DNA from: Octopus bimaculoides
Lineage: Eukaryota
Assembly: GCF_001194135.2 (NCBI RefSeq)
Contig: NC_068986.1
Location: 26,573,821-26,621,932, forward strand
DNA length: 48,112 bases
Reading direction: 5' to 3'
How positions within the stretch are numbered: the first letter of the stretch is position 1; each line of letters starts with the position of its first letter. Shown in pieces: positions 21,091-33,724 of this stretch. A program made the position numbers and the translations under genes. The notes beneath the pieces were generated by a model. It was not told where the DNA came from. It saw only the letters and a program-made list of their open reading frames with translations, and made no database searches.

Positions 21091-22254
21091 ACTGACACAT
21101 ACACGCACACACACAAAGGTTGTGCAATCGATTACTGCTATTTAAATCAAAATATAAACACGTCATATGAAAGAACGTGTATGCTGGATCAGGCATGCGC
21201 ACGTACACATTTTCTCCATTTTGTATAAATGAGTATATTATATATCCATATATATATATTTACCCTGTGTCTTGTTGTTTTTTTTAATTGTTTTAGTCTT
21301 TTATTTTTTTAATGTAATTTGCTGCGGAGAAATACCACAACACAGCGTTTCACATTTCCCTCCATCAGTTGATATGGAAGGAGAATGGCTATTGGTTATG
21401 GTTAGTAAGGTTTACGTTTAGCTTGAACTTCTGAAGGTCAGTTGTTGAAGGAAAAAAGGTGGGTGAAAAAAGGAGTTCCAGCTAGATGCGGCATAATACT
21501 GGTATTATTAGGTAGAATTCTTGGTGCGGTATCGTGTTGGAGAATGAAGCATCGACACCAGAGTACTTGACTGGTACTTTTTTCGAAATCACATATCAAG
21601 AAACCCACAGGCCACAGCAAAAAAGAAAAACGAAAAAAAAACAAAAAAAAACTGGTGCCACTGCATCGGATCAAAAACAGGAAAAAATACAAGATGATAA
21701 TCAATCAAATAGCTTATAACGCAAATGTGGCCTATATACACCTGTCTTCTTCACAATTTAGCAGTGTGTCAATAAGCAGCCATACCAGTCCTCTGCCGAC
21801 TGTTGTTTCAATAAGCCACACCCGACCTTAAAGGTTTAAGAAGTGTTAATTGTTAGATATGCACTTATTCCTCAATATTTACAGACATGCTAGTCCTAAC
21901 ATAAATGGTCATGGGATAGACCTAAATAAACAGCAGAAAAAATACTAAACAATTCCATAATAAATATACTTGATGAATAGAGGAAATGAGGAGTTATCAC
22001 GTTGCAGACAACAGAATAATTTCAATATTTAAAACATACTCGAAATACAGTCAGAGTAAACATCTGATGAGGTAACAGTAGTGGATACAGCACTGGAAGT
22101 GCAACAATCTCAACACCAGCAGAGATACACCAGATATAATATACAATCATTTCATAGCATATCAAAAATATCTTAAGCAGCTTCAGATATAAAATAACAA
22201 TTTATGAAGGAGGCAGAATTATAACTTTATTCATCAAACAGCATATGAATAATA

Positions 22255-22391
22255 TAATCCATATGCAGATACAGCCAATGAAAAAGTGATATACGAATAA
22301 ACAAATCTGGTAATCCAGTACAGTAATCCATATGCAGAGCAGCCAATGAAAAAGTGATACACAAATAAACAAATCTAGTAATCCAGTACAG
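22255..22391. repeat. Tandem duplication, 69/68-bp unit x2
   Basis: taatccatatgcaga(t)(a/g)cagccaatgaaaaagtgata...taatccagtacag occurs twice. Confidence 0.93.
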
Positions 22392-22758
22392 GGTTTAGTG
22401 GGATGCGATACGACAATTGAACTGACCAATAGAAAACAATATACAGATAAAGTACTTCAGAAAAAAATATCTTCAAGACATCAAAATCTGTAGAACGATA
22501 TATTGGTAAACAACGAAGAAAGTCATCAATGAAAAAACAAAATAAAAAAAAAAGACAGAACAATAGCAATTTTGCTAATGTAACCACGACAACCATAGAC
22601 AACAGCTCGATGAAACAACCATAGAAAACCAAAGAAGTCGCGAGAAAAGGAAGTCAGTTTGAACAAACAATGTACTGTCTACCACGTATTGAGTACTCTC
22701 TTCCACTTTCAGTGATAACTTGTGACATTTGAATGTGTGTGTGTATGTGAGTCTTTTG

Positions 22759-22760
22759 GA

Positions 22761-22843
<83 letters not shown>

Positions 22844-22857
22844 GAAAAGAAAGAAAG
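22759..22857. repeat. (AAAG)n microsatellite
   Basis: Direct reading. Confidence 0.98.
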
Positions 22858-22876
22858 GAGGTCAAGGCTGAAACAG

Positions 22877-23076
22877 CTTTGATCGTAAGTTCGACTTAGT
22901 TCATAGGCTCGACATTGATCATAAGTTTGACTTTGATCGACTTTGATCATAAGGCCTACTCCGATCACCAAGGACTTTGATCTTAAGTTCGACTTTGATC
23001 ATAGGCTTGACTTTGATCATAAGGCCGATTCTGATCATTAGGACTTTGATCATAAATTTGAATTCGATCATCAGAA
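22877..23076 (+). repeat. About 18-bp minisatellite (consensus ctttgatcataagNNNga), about 12 units
   Basis: Units start at 22877, 22895, 22913, 22931, 22941, 22959, 22975, 22993, 23011, 23029, 23044 and 23062. Confidence 0.9.
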
Positions 23077-23291
23077 CTGACATAAGGATAAGCAACAACG
23101 ACAGCCAAAGCATTATCATCGATGGCGAGTTTAGCAGTGAAGTAAGCATTTTCATCTGTGTAATCGATAGCCTGTCAGCGGAGTTAGGATTACCACGACG
23201 ACAAAGTTATCGAACTTCCCACTAGATTCGATCGTGTTTATTCAGCATCACGAATCCTACACAAACAGATGAGTACACCTGTACTAATAGT

Positions 23292-23500
23292 GAAGGCGCG
23301 CGGGCTGGCAGTTGGAGGCGTGTGGCTTGGTGGTTGGGGCGTTACACTCACGATCGTGAGAACTTGGTTTCGATTTCCAGACCGGCTGTGCGTTGTGTTC
23401 TTGAGCAAAATACTTCATTTCACGTTGCTCCAGTCCATTCATCTGTAAACGGGTGGTAACAGGGTAACACTGCAACGGATTGGCGTGCAAAGGTAAGATG
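23292..23500 (+). mobile_element. SINE family D with a V-like module
   Basis: Head tggcttggtggttggggcg, B-box-like ggtttcgatttcc, family D core, then gtaacactgcaacggattggcgt. Runs into a gap. Confidence 0.85.
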
Positions 23501-24157
23501 NNNNNNNNNNNNNNNNNNNNNNNNNNNNNNNNNNNNNNNNNNNNNNNNNNNNNNNNNNNNNNNNNNNNNNNNNNNNNNNNNNNNNNNNNNNNNNNNNNNN
23601 NNNNNNNNNNNNNNNNNNNNNNNNNNNNNNNNNNNNNNNNNNNNNNNNNNNNNNNNNNNNNNNNNNNNNNNNNNNNNNNNNNNNNNNNNNNNNNNNNNNN
23701 NNNNNNNNNNNNNNNNNNNNNNNNNNNNNNNNNNNNNNNNNNNNNNNNNNNNNNNNNNNNNNNNNNNNNNNNNNNNNNNNNNNNNNNNNNNNNNNNNNNN
23801 NNNNNNNNNNNNNNNNNNNNNNNNNNNNNNNNNNNNNNNNNNNNNNNNNNNNNNNNNNNNNNNNNNNNNNNNNNNNNNNNNNNNNNNNNNNNNNNNNNNN
23901 NNNNNNNNNNNNNNNNNNNNNNNNNNNNNNNNNNNNNNNNNNNNNNNNNNNNNNNNNNNNNNNNNNNNNNNNNNNNNNNNNNNNNNNNNNNNNNNNNNNN
24001 NNNNNNNNNNNNNNNNNNNNNNNNNNNNNNNNNNNNNNNNNNNNNNNNNNNNNNNNNNNNNNNNNNNNNNNNNNNNNNNNNNNNNNNNNNNNNNNNNNNN
24101 NNNNNNNNNNNNNNNNNNNNNNNNNNNNNNNNNNNNNNNNNNNNNNNNNNNNNNNNN

Positions 24158-24208
<51 letters not shown>
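24158..24208. repeat. (AG)n microsatellite
   Basis: Direct reading. Confidence 0.97.
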
Positions 24209-24214
<6 letters not shown>

Positions 24215-24575
24215 CTGTGTGAGATGGTTCCAACGAGGCCAACGAGGCAGCTGAATTATACTGAATCCTGTAATTGAGATCAGGTGGAGAACACATGACA
24301 ACGTTGTTCATGTTTGAGCATGCATTTATAACATCGACAACAACAACAATAACAAGACTTCGCCAACAACGGCAAACAACAACAACAACAACAGCAGCAA
24401 TAATGATAACACTAGTCGTAACAAGTATGTCGAGAGAGAGAGAGAAATTTATTTTATGCATCGGTGATCAAAAACTCAAGACTGATACACGTATTGTGCA
24501 CAACAAATATATATCGGATAATCGAGAAAGAGAGGGAGAATAGATTTTTTTTTTATGTAAGACAGATAGATAGAT

Positions 24576-24620
<45 letters not shown>

Positions 24621-24751
24621 AGAGTGGGGTAGTGGTTGATTGGCTATATAACGCCAAGGGTATAAGAATAGGAGCTGTACGAATAGATGGCATAGAACCA
24701 CAATATGTAACAGCACGACATAATTACAACACAATAGCACTAAAGGTTAAA

Positions 24752-24792
<41 letters not shown>

Positions 24793-24998
24793 TGAACCAC
24801 AGCCCTAAATTCTTAATCTATGAGATCCAACGCCAATAATGAAAGTGGTGGGGGGCAAGCAAGGATGTCGACTAGCCAACTCCAGTACGTGGTTGATACT
24901 TATTTTGTCGACCCCAGAAAGATTGAAAGTGAAGATGCTTTCGGTAGGGTTTGAATTCGAGGTCTAAAAAGGAAAGAAATTAAATACTGCAAGGCGTT

Positions 24999-25148
24999 CT
25001 GTCATACGACCTTTTGGGTACTAAACACGATCAAATGCTACAGTTAACACTATACAATGTACAACAACCTTGAGTTGAACAACACTAAATACCGATCAAA
25101 CTGCTTCTTGAATTCGATGGTGACACCCACACAAAAACATCAAACAAA
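24999..25148 (+). repeat. Dispersed direct repeat, copy 2 (about 31 bp longer)
   Basis: Matches 20497-20615, with an extra segment after ctgtcatacgac. Confidence 0.9.
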
Positions 25149-26795
25149 GATAACCATTTAAGTTTATTACCGATATTCATTTTATAAAAGTTGAAGGTAT
25201 AAAAAGCAAAAATGAAAACCACAAAATTTTAAACTGTGTAGGAATTGAACTAAATAAAGGAAATTACTCTGTCATGTCAACCAAGTTTTAGTGCTAATAG
25301 CATTAACTCTACTTAACGGCAACATGGCCAATCGGATAAGGTAATGAACCATCATGTGCGTCATGAGATCAAATCTGTTACGAGTCTTTCGCTATGCTTT
25401 TGCGAAGAACACTTCATTCATATAACAGTCAGGAATAGCTGTCTGACATTCTGGAACTCTTTAGTATTACACCGTAGTCCACTAATCGTCTTAGTTCATC
25501 CTGTCACTGGATCCGAACTCTGGTTTTGATAACAAGTCCATTTTGATAATCATCATGCAACAGTTAATGTCATGTTAAATTCTTTATACACAAAACTCCG
25601 ACACTAGATGGATATCTCCATCGGTTACGTGGGATTCGCATTTCACACATATACCTTATTTGTGTATGAACCTACGAGTAAATACTTCCAGTTTGAATAG
25701 CTTTAGATACTGGCGATGACTACACATTGTTTTGTTTAATGCCATATTCTGGTCCTTGATTGCCTCAAACAGAACTTACTCTGTTGTAATTGCTCGAATC
25801 AAACACCAAGTTTCAGAACAACAAATATTTGCTGTTGGGTAAAAGTTTCTCACAGAAAATTCACCACTATACAGTACACGCTCTTCCCGAGCCTAAAACC
25901 CTATATCTTTCTAACTCTCATTCTGTGACTTGTAACCCTTCCTAGTGGACGCAAGATTTTCGATGTTGCTAACCTGCAGCTAAGTTTGTTCAGGTATAAA
26001 CGCAAAAGTGCAACCAAAAACCGTAAACCTTTTTTCTTTTACTTTTCTCCAACGAACATACTGCTACATCTATTAATTTGAAACCGTATAAATTATTCGT
26101 TTTAGGTTAAGGCTTATATGTATATAATATTAACTACGTAAACAATTATCTTTAAATACATAAGATAAAAACCAAGTAATTTCTAATTTTAATTTTACAA
26201 AGTTTTATATGGACGACAATTGCTGTTATTTATGTATACGGTATTAAGTACACAGATATGTAATCAATTTAAATGTGTTTATGATAGTTTTTATTTAAGT
26301 GTTATTACTTATGTTTGTAACGTTAAATGCAAGAAATGTAAATTTTACAAATAGTTAAATGTTATAATAAAATTTAAATTATGATGAAACGGAATAAAAT
26401 AATCTAAGCGATCGACCTGAGAATCAACTTACACCCTCGCTCGAATTTGCTGGCCTTGTGCCAAGATTTGAAATTGATATTAGAAACAGATGTTAGCAGC
26501 ATATAAAAGGTGTTTTTCTACCGACAATATGATGGCATTAAATTGTATGTCCTTTTACGAAAGGAAATAATAATACAAATAATTATATAGTTAGCTTAAT
26601 TATAGATATATGCTCTCGAGGTACAATAAGCACGTTGGTGAGCATTTCTTAAGTGTTGATTATAACTAGACTTTGAACGAAAGACTGGATGCCTATAAGG
26701 ACTGTGGATTTAATCTATCAACGTGTACTTTTTAACCAGTATTAAAACTGTTGGGAAGTTAATTGTTAGATCAGGCCTATGTATGGAATACGGGT

Positions 26796-27179
26796 GGTGG
26801 CGCAATGGCCCAGTGGTTAGGGCAGCAGACTCGCGGTCATAGGATCGCGGTTTCGATTCCCAGACTGGGCGTTGTGAATGTTTATTGAGCGAAAACACCT
26901 AAAGTTCCACGAGGCTCCGGCAGGGGATGATGGCGAACCCTGCTGTACTCTTTCACCACAACTTTCTCTCACTCTTACTTCCTGTTTCTGTTGTGCCTGT
27001 AATTCAAAGGGTGAGCCTTGTCACACTGTGTCACGCTGAATATCCTCGAGAACTACGTTAAGGGTACACGTGTCTGTGGAGTGCTCATCCACTTGCACGT
27101 TAATTTCACGAGCAGGCTGTTCCGTTGATCGGATCAACTGGAACCCTCGACGTCGTAAGCGACGGAGTGCCAACAACAA
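26796..27179 (+). mobile_element. SINE family C, full length, possible 7-bp TSD aatacgg
   Basis: tRNA-like head. 3' stem-loop cgtcg-taag-cgacg and AAC tail. aatacgg occurs at 26787-26793 and 27178-27184. Confidence 0.96.
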
Positions 27180-27851
27180 TACGGAGAGAAATGAGGGATG
27201 GGGACAGAGAATGAGGATTTAAAAGATTGGTATGGATACATACGTTTGTTTGACAATGTAGTGTAAAAGTGATAGATTAATTGGGCTGCTCGTATAGAAA
27301 AGCTGTATAAGAATAATGTCATTTTATATTCAGTAGGACTAGTTGACAAAAATTAAAAAAAAACAACGAAGTCTGCACTTATAAGATACAGTTTTGCAGT
27401 GTGGTATTATTATTATTATACCAGATAGGTGAATGAGTAGAAAGGGGGAAATGGGGAGAAAAAGCAAAACAATTAAGTATGAATTATAAAGTGTAAAGGA
27501 TGAATATGCGGGTTACCTAATGCATATATGAATGTAAAAACAAGTATTTATGAATACATAGAAGAAAAATATAAAATATCGAAAACTATAAATGATTAAG
27601 TATAACAGTAACTATGCGTAAGCGCTCGCACAAAAAGAGAAATTAATAGCTATACAGAATAATATTACATTAAGGGAAATGTGGTAGTTAATTCAGGTAG
27701 ACTGCATAAATTAAAGGGTTTTCCTCGATAACTGTTTGTATATGTCATTAGTTTAAAATGTTTGATGGTTTTGAATGTTCTGTGCGTGCAAGAGTGAGTG
27801 TGTTCAGAGATTGTCTGTTAAAAAATAGTATTTTAACAAACTTTAACAAAC

Positions 27852-28055
27852 AAAGGCGGTGAGCTGGCAGAAACGTTAGCGGTATTTCGTCTGCCGTTAC
27901 GTTCTGAGTCCAAATTCCACCGAGGTCGACTTTGCCTTTCATCCTTTCGAGGTCGATAAATTAAGTACCAGTTACGCACTGAGGTCGATCTAATCGACTA
28001 AATCCTTTGTTTGTCCCCTCTATGTTTAGCCCCTTGTGGGCAATAGAGAAATAAG
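27852..28055 (+). mobile_element. SINE family B with an 18-bp TSD
   Basis: aatagtattttaacaaac at 27824-27841 and 28056-28073. Internal deletion between two ttagc repeats. Confidence 0.95.
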
Positions 28056-28404
28056 AATAGTATTTTAACAAACGGGAATTCATAGCGCTGAATTGTACGA
28101 AGATGGCATACGCTTTTTAACATCCTGTAGACGACTTAGTAAAGAAAATTAGTTTATATTTTAAATTATAGTTGATATTTGTTTCAAAATTCTACATGAA
28201 GTATGAGTGGCATAAATTTTAATAATAGAGTTATTTTCCTTCCTAGCACATAAATATATGCGCCAAAACCTGTCGTTCAAGGCTCGGTTTACATAGCCTC
28301 CTAAGGGTTTGCCGTTCTTCCTCAAGATCTTCGGACACGAAGAACTGCTATCAACACCACCATCACCACCTCCATCACTATCTAACTACACACACACATC
28401 ATCC

Positions 28405-28542
28405 TTTCTGCTACAGGCACAAAGCCTGAAATTTTACGTGGGAGTGGATAAGTCGAATATATCGACCCCAGTGCTTAACTGGTACTTATTTTATCGACCC
28501 CGAAAAGATGAAAGGCAAAATTGACTTCGATGGGATTTGAGT
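28405..28542 (-). mobile_element. SINE family B, 3' part
   Basis: atatcgaccccagtgcttaactggtacttattttatcgaccccgaaaagatgaaaggcaaaa. Confidence 0.88.
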
Positions 28543-29045
28543 GCTATCATCATCGTCGTCGTCGTCATCATTATCATCATCATCATCATCTATCTACATT
28601 TGTGTGTGTGTTTGTGTGTATGTGTGTGTGTTTGTGTGTATGTGTGTGTGAGTGTGTGTATGAGCAATAATGACCAAATGCCACGAAATAGTTATAGGGA
28701 TACATTTCAATGCCTACTTGGAAAGTATTCTGCTCATCAGAATCTCAAATAGACTCGTATAATATATGCTATAACAGATCTGTTATTGAAGAACTAACAA
28801 GGAACACTAAACTATTTGGTATCCACTCCCAGTAATTAATTCTCACAGAGGTGTTAAATAATACCCTATTAATATTATACTTGTTGCGTTTATACTGATA
28901 CCTTTATATTATATTTTTTTAAAAATCAGCATCAATTTCACCGGATATTGATTTTCTGCATTGTGCTCTCTGGACGTCAAACCAATATATTGATTTTAAC
29001 AAGAAAATGTTTAAAGAGAGGGTGTTACAAACGACATCGATGATG

Positions 29046-29079
<34 letters not shown>

Positions 29080-29219
29080 AAAGATGACATCAACAGTGCC
29101 ACCAACACCACCATCACAACTACCACCGCTACCGCAACTGCTATTATCACCACCAACAGCATTAGCAACAGCAAAAACAACAACTATGACATCGATAAAG
29201 ATGACAATAACGTCAAGTA

Positions 29220-29440
29220 GTTTAGGCCAAGTCAGCCTTTATTGAGTAAACTAAGATTCAAGAGGGGTTCCAGTCGTGGCCGTCCCATCTTTTTTCTATG
29301 AATATCAGAGATTACATTGTCCAGGCAATTCTATACTGAAGGTGTTACGAGTGAAATTTGAGGGAAATTTGGCTTTTATTACAAGCAGATCGAGCGACCA
29401 AGTAGACACTACTTCGTTACTAGAAATTATTAGTACAGGC
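29220..29440 (-). mobile_element. Repeat family E
   Basis: The reverse complement aligns with 440-640 (gtcgctcgatctgcttgtaataaaagccaaatttccctc...aaggctgacttggcctaaa). Confidence 0.7.
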
Positions 29441-29577
29441 CTGTATTGTTTCGAAGAAATAAATCACACAGAATGGTCAAATATGTTCCGATTAGGTAAA
29501 TTATTTGCCCCAGCATGGCCTCAGTCTAATGACTGAATCAAGTAAACGATAAAAGAAAAAAGATACACGATGTGAGC

Positions 29578-30192
29578 TGAAAAATTGGCTGTATGGTTAA
29601 GAAACTCCCTTTGCAACCACGTGGTCTCGAGCTTAGTTCCACTGCGTAGTACCTTCGGCAAATGTATTCTACTATAGCTCCGGACTGACCAATGACTTGT
29701 GAGTGAATTTGGTAGACAGAAATCGTGTGGAAAGACGGCGAGCTGGCAGAAACGTTAGCACGCCGGGCGAAGTGCTTAGCGGTATTTCGTCTGCCGTTAC
29801 GTTCTGAGTTCAAATTCCACCGAGGTCGACTTTGCCTTTCATCCTTTCGGGGGTCGATAAATTAATTACCAGTTACGCACTGGGGTCGATGTAATCGACT
29901 TAATCTCTTTATCTGTCCTTGTTTGTCCCCTCTATGTTTAGCCCCTTGTGGGCAATAAAGAAATAAGAAATCGTGTGGGAAGCCCGTTGTGTGTGTGCGT
30001 GTCCACACTGCTTGACATCCAATGTTAGTTTTGTTTACTGTTTAAGTATCCGTAACTTAGCAGTTCGGGGAAATAAAACCGATAGAATAAGTAAAAAACT
30101 TATATAATAAGTACTGGGGTTGATTCATTCGACTCAAACCCTGCAAGTCGGTGCCCAAGCAAGGTCGCATTCAAATGACTGAAACAAGAAAA
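29578..30192 (+). mobile_element. SINE family A (older copy) interrupted by a family B insertion
   Basis: Head at 29578-29734 and remainder at 29983-30192. Confidence 0.82.
29735..29965 (+). mobile_element. SINE family B, full length, 17-bp TSD
   Basis: agaaatcgtgtggaaag (29718-29734) and agaaatcgtgtgggaag (29966-29982). Confidence 0.96.
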
Positions 30193-30684
30193 GCAATTAG
30201 TAGGCAAAAACTCCCAAGGATGTTTTGGATTTAAAAAAATAAAAACAATTGTAACTCCAGTAAAATCAGCCAGTCGAAATTTGGTGGAAATAAAGACGAT
30301 GCAGATGGTAGTATATTGTAGTATATCTTTACAACAAATTCGAGAAAGCAACGGACATGTTTCGGCATTACTTAGACCCCCCCCCCCCTCAGTGAAGAAT
30401 ATTCTATTTACTCAGTAGTTTGAGTATATATTCATGAGTTAAGTTCAGATTTTGTTAGCGTCTTCAATAATGAATATCATATATTAATGGGGCTGTTATT
30501 AAATAAAAAAAAACAAAATGCACTAATCAGATAACAACACGTTCTGCTAAATTGTATTGAACTAACAGGTATAGTTCGTCAATGTGCAACATCACATTTA
30601 TTGATATAGTGCTGTGGGGTTGTTGTCTTTGTGGTGTAATCCCAGATCTGCTACGATAAACTACTATGATAATTTGCTCTCTTT

Positions 30685-30722
<38 letters not shown>

Positions 30723-30906
30723 CCCCTCTCTCTCTTTCTTTTTCTCCCTTTCTCAAGACGACGCTTCCTTCTCTCATTCTCTCTGTCTTTCTGTTATATT
30801 CCGTATGCTGAGAATACAAAAGTGTATGTGTATGTGTGTCTATATTTCTATGTGTGTGTCTGTATATGTCTGTGTACACATACATATATACATACATATA
30901 TATATA

Positions 30907-30945
<39 letters not shown>

Positions 30946-31327
30946 NNNNNNNNNNNNNNNNNNNNNNNNNNNNNNNNNNNNNNNNNNNNNNNNNNNNNNN
31001 NNNNNNNNNNNNNNNNNNNNNNNNNNNNNNNNNNNNNNNNNNNNNNNNNNNNNNNNNNNNNNNNNNNNNNNNNNNNNNNNNNNNNNNNNNNNNNNNNNNN
31101 NNNNNNNNNNNNNNNNNNNNNNNNNNNNNNNNNNNNNNNNNNNNNNNNNNNNNNNNNNNNNNNNNNNNNNNNNNNNNNNNNNNNNNNNNNNNNNNNNNNN
31201 NNNNNNNNNNNNNNNNNNNNNNNNNNNNNNNNNNNNNNNNNNNNNNNNNNNNNNNNNNNNNNNNNNNNNNNNNNNNNNNNNNNNNNNNNNNNNNNNNNNN
31301 NNNNNNNNNNNNNNNNNNNNNNNNNNN

Positions 31328-31604
31328 ACTCCACAGACACGTGGACCCTTAACGTAGTTCTCGGGGATATTCAGCGTGACACAGTGTGATAAGGCTCACC
31401 CTTTGAATTACAGGCACAACAGAAACAGGAAGTAAGAGAGTTGTGGTGGAAGAGTACAGCAGGGTTCGCCACCATCCCCTGCCGGAGCCTCGTGGAGCTT
31501 TGGGTGTTTTCACTCAATAAACACTCACAACGCCCGGTCTGGGAATCGAAACCGCGATCCTATGACCGCGAGTCCGCTGCCCTAACCACTGGGCCATTGC
31601 GCCT

Positions 31605-31606
<2 letters not shown>
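31328..31606 (-). mobile_element. SINE family C (3' end in gap)
   Basis: Colinear with 26796-27110. Confidence 0.95.
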
Positions 31607-31655
<49 letters not shown>

Positions 31656-32254
31656 ACAACTGGAACCTCCATCATCGTAACCAACAGAATGCCAGTAGTA
31701 TACATATATATGTGTGTGTGTATATGTGTGCGTGTGTGTATAACAATCAAACGCATAAAAATGGCGGTCTTATATTCACTAATTAGTTATGATCATTTTG
31801 ACTGATCCCCCTTTCATACTGTAAAACTACACACACACACACACACACTCACACACACACACACACACACACGTGTGTGTGCGTGTGTGACCTTTACCCT
31901 GAACCATGTTGCAGCGGCATCGTTTTCCACTCTTTTGTTAACGATTTCAGTATATCACAAATAATTATGATTTAACTTCAACGTCAGCCCGTGTCTAAGC
32001 TTGATCAAACACGAAATCCGACGTTATAAAATCACGCTGTCTCATATCACCTTTGTCAGTAAATATATAACCTTTTATCCTGTTAAATATACCTTGTTTT
32101 TATCGCAATACTGATTGATTGGCTGCCGTAATCGAATACACCTTCTTTCAAGTTGATGCTTGTGTTTGAAATATTTTAACATAGTAAGACTTAGATAATT
32201 CGTGCAGTTTCAAACACCGAAAGCTGAAGTACAAGACTACCAAGGGAAGCCTTA

Positions 32255-32810
32255 TATGAACTCTCGACTCACTAGAAATAGCATCGATGTTTTCTTTAGT
32301 CGCACTCTGCTCTCTTTCACAGAGATATTTTCGACAATTTACTCATTGATGTTGTTGGCACTCCGTCGCTTACGACGTCGAGGGTTCCAGTTGATCCGAT
32401 CAACGGAACAGCCTGCTCGTGAAATTAACGTGCAAGTGGATGAGCACTCCACAGACACGTGTACCCTTAACGTAGTTCTCGAGGATATTCAGGGTGACAC
32501 AGTGTGACAAGGCTCACCCTTTGAATCACAGGCACAACAGAAACAGGAAGTAGGAGTGAGAGAAAGTTGTGGTGAAAGAGTACAGCAGGGTTCGCCACCA
32601 TCCCCTGCCGGAGCCTCGTGGAGCTTTAGGTGTTTTCGCTCAATAAACACTCACAACGCCCGGTCTGGGAATCGAAACCGCGATCCTATGACCGCGAGTC
32701 CGCTGCCCTCACTCATTGATGTACTAAAAGACAAAATGGTCATAGCTGGAACATTTTTGATCATAGGTAGATGTTCGATCAAGGTGGACCGGTGGTTAAA
32801 TAACAAATAC
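32255..32810 (+). mobile_element. Repeat family E interrupted by SINE C
   Basis: ctcgactcactagaaatagc before the C copy, and ggtcatagctggaacatttttgatcatagg...ttcgatcaagg after it. Confidence 0.65.
32353..32710 (-). mobile_element. SINE family C, 5'-truncated, 12-bp TSD
   Basis: actcattgatgt at 32341-32352 and 32711-32722. Confidence 0.96.
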
Positions 32811-32856
32811 CTCCGACTTATGATAGTGGATAAATGACAGTATAAACCTAAATGCG

Positions 32857-33150
32857 AAGGCGCGTTACCTAGTGGTTAGGGCGTAGCATTCACGATTGTT
32901 AGACCATGGGTTCGATTCCAGGACCAAGTGACGCGTTGTGTCCTTGAGCAAACCACTTCATTTCACGTTACACCATTCCACACTGCTGTAAATGGGTAGC
33001 CTATACAAGAATAGTCTTCCGATCAGGGGGAATGTTGGCTTGCTCACCTAGTCAGCGAGGTGGCATCATTCGAATGGGAAGTGCATTGTGATCAGCAATG
33101 TATTACAATATCCTATAGTGCGGTCAATATCGTGATACCGTGATAAATCT
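32857..33150 (+). mobile_element. SINE family D head and core with a different tail
   Basis: gaaggcgcgttacctagtggttagggcg, gttcgattcc, gtgtccttgagcaaaccacttcatttcacgtt. Confidence 0.8.
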
Positions 33151-33407
33151 AAATGCCAACATCTATTGGATGATAAATTACTGAGGCACGAAACTTGAAT
33201 GTAGAGAGAAGAGGGAAAAGAAAAATGATGGAGCTCATTCTTTTCCCAAGGGGCATTGGCAACAAAACTCAGGAAGTTAAACGAAAATTGAAACCAGGTA
33301 ATCAAGTTGGTCCCTCGAGAACTAAACTGTTTCATTCGTTGATCTCAACAATATTAATCTGTATTTTGGTATTTCAAACGAAAACTCGTGTCTCATTGCT
33401 TTTTGTT

Positions 33408-33612
33408 TATTGGTTTCAAATTTTGGCACAAGGCCAGCAATTTCGGGGGATGTGGTTAAGTTGATTATATCGATGTCCAGTGCTCAACTGGTACTTATTT
33501 TATCGACCCCGAAAGGATGAAAGGCAAAATCGACCTCGGTGGAATTTGAACTCAGAACGTAAAAACGGACGAAATGCCGTTAGGCGTGCTAACAATTCTG
33601 CCAGCTCACCGA
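33408..33612 (-). mobile_element. SINE family B
   Basis: Complete family B core and head on the - strand. Confidence 0.92.
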
Positions 33613-33724
33613 CATTTGTTTTTATATATTATTACTAGAATTTATATGTTATTACTGGAGCGAAAAAAAGGGGTGGGGGAGAGAGAAAAGAAAAGGTAAA
33701 GGGTGTAGACTGCTTTGATTTTTA

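Noticed and set aside
21360-21704. Possible degenerate Penelope endonuclease upstream of the 21048 hammerhead
   Set aside because: No GIY-YIG motif could be read in any frame, so the similarity is too weak to call.
22877-23076. CRISPR-like array
   Set aside because: There are no unique spacers and the context is eukaryotic. It is a plain minisatellite.
23420-24461. Long ORFs (265-340 aa) in the ORF track, and similar ones at 9943-10741, 30666-31389, 35008-35739 and 46379-47359
   Set aside because: Their length comes from N runs and microsatellites, which contain no stop codons. The only real coding parts among gap-spanning ORFs are the Dong-like pieces in 46417-47520.
25292-25340. Possible + strand exon (LIALTLLNGNMANRIR) that would join in frame to 45177-45206
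   Set aside because: The acceptor is weak and there is no recognisable homology. Phase compatibility has a one-in-three chance.
25364-25386. bantam-like seed (tgagatca), also near 24276 and 48080
   Set aside because: Short matches are expected by chance, and no supporting hairpin was seen.
26796-26870. tRNA-like sequences with A and B boxes (also in families A, B and D)
   Set aside because: They lack a closed acceptor stem and continue into shared SINE bodies, so they are SINE heads and not tRNA genes.
30349-30395. Partial hammerhead (- strand gccGAAAcatGTC)
   Set aside because: The CUGANGA core is replaced by ctgaggg plus a G run, and stem I cannot form. It is at most a dead relic.
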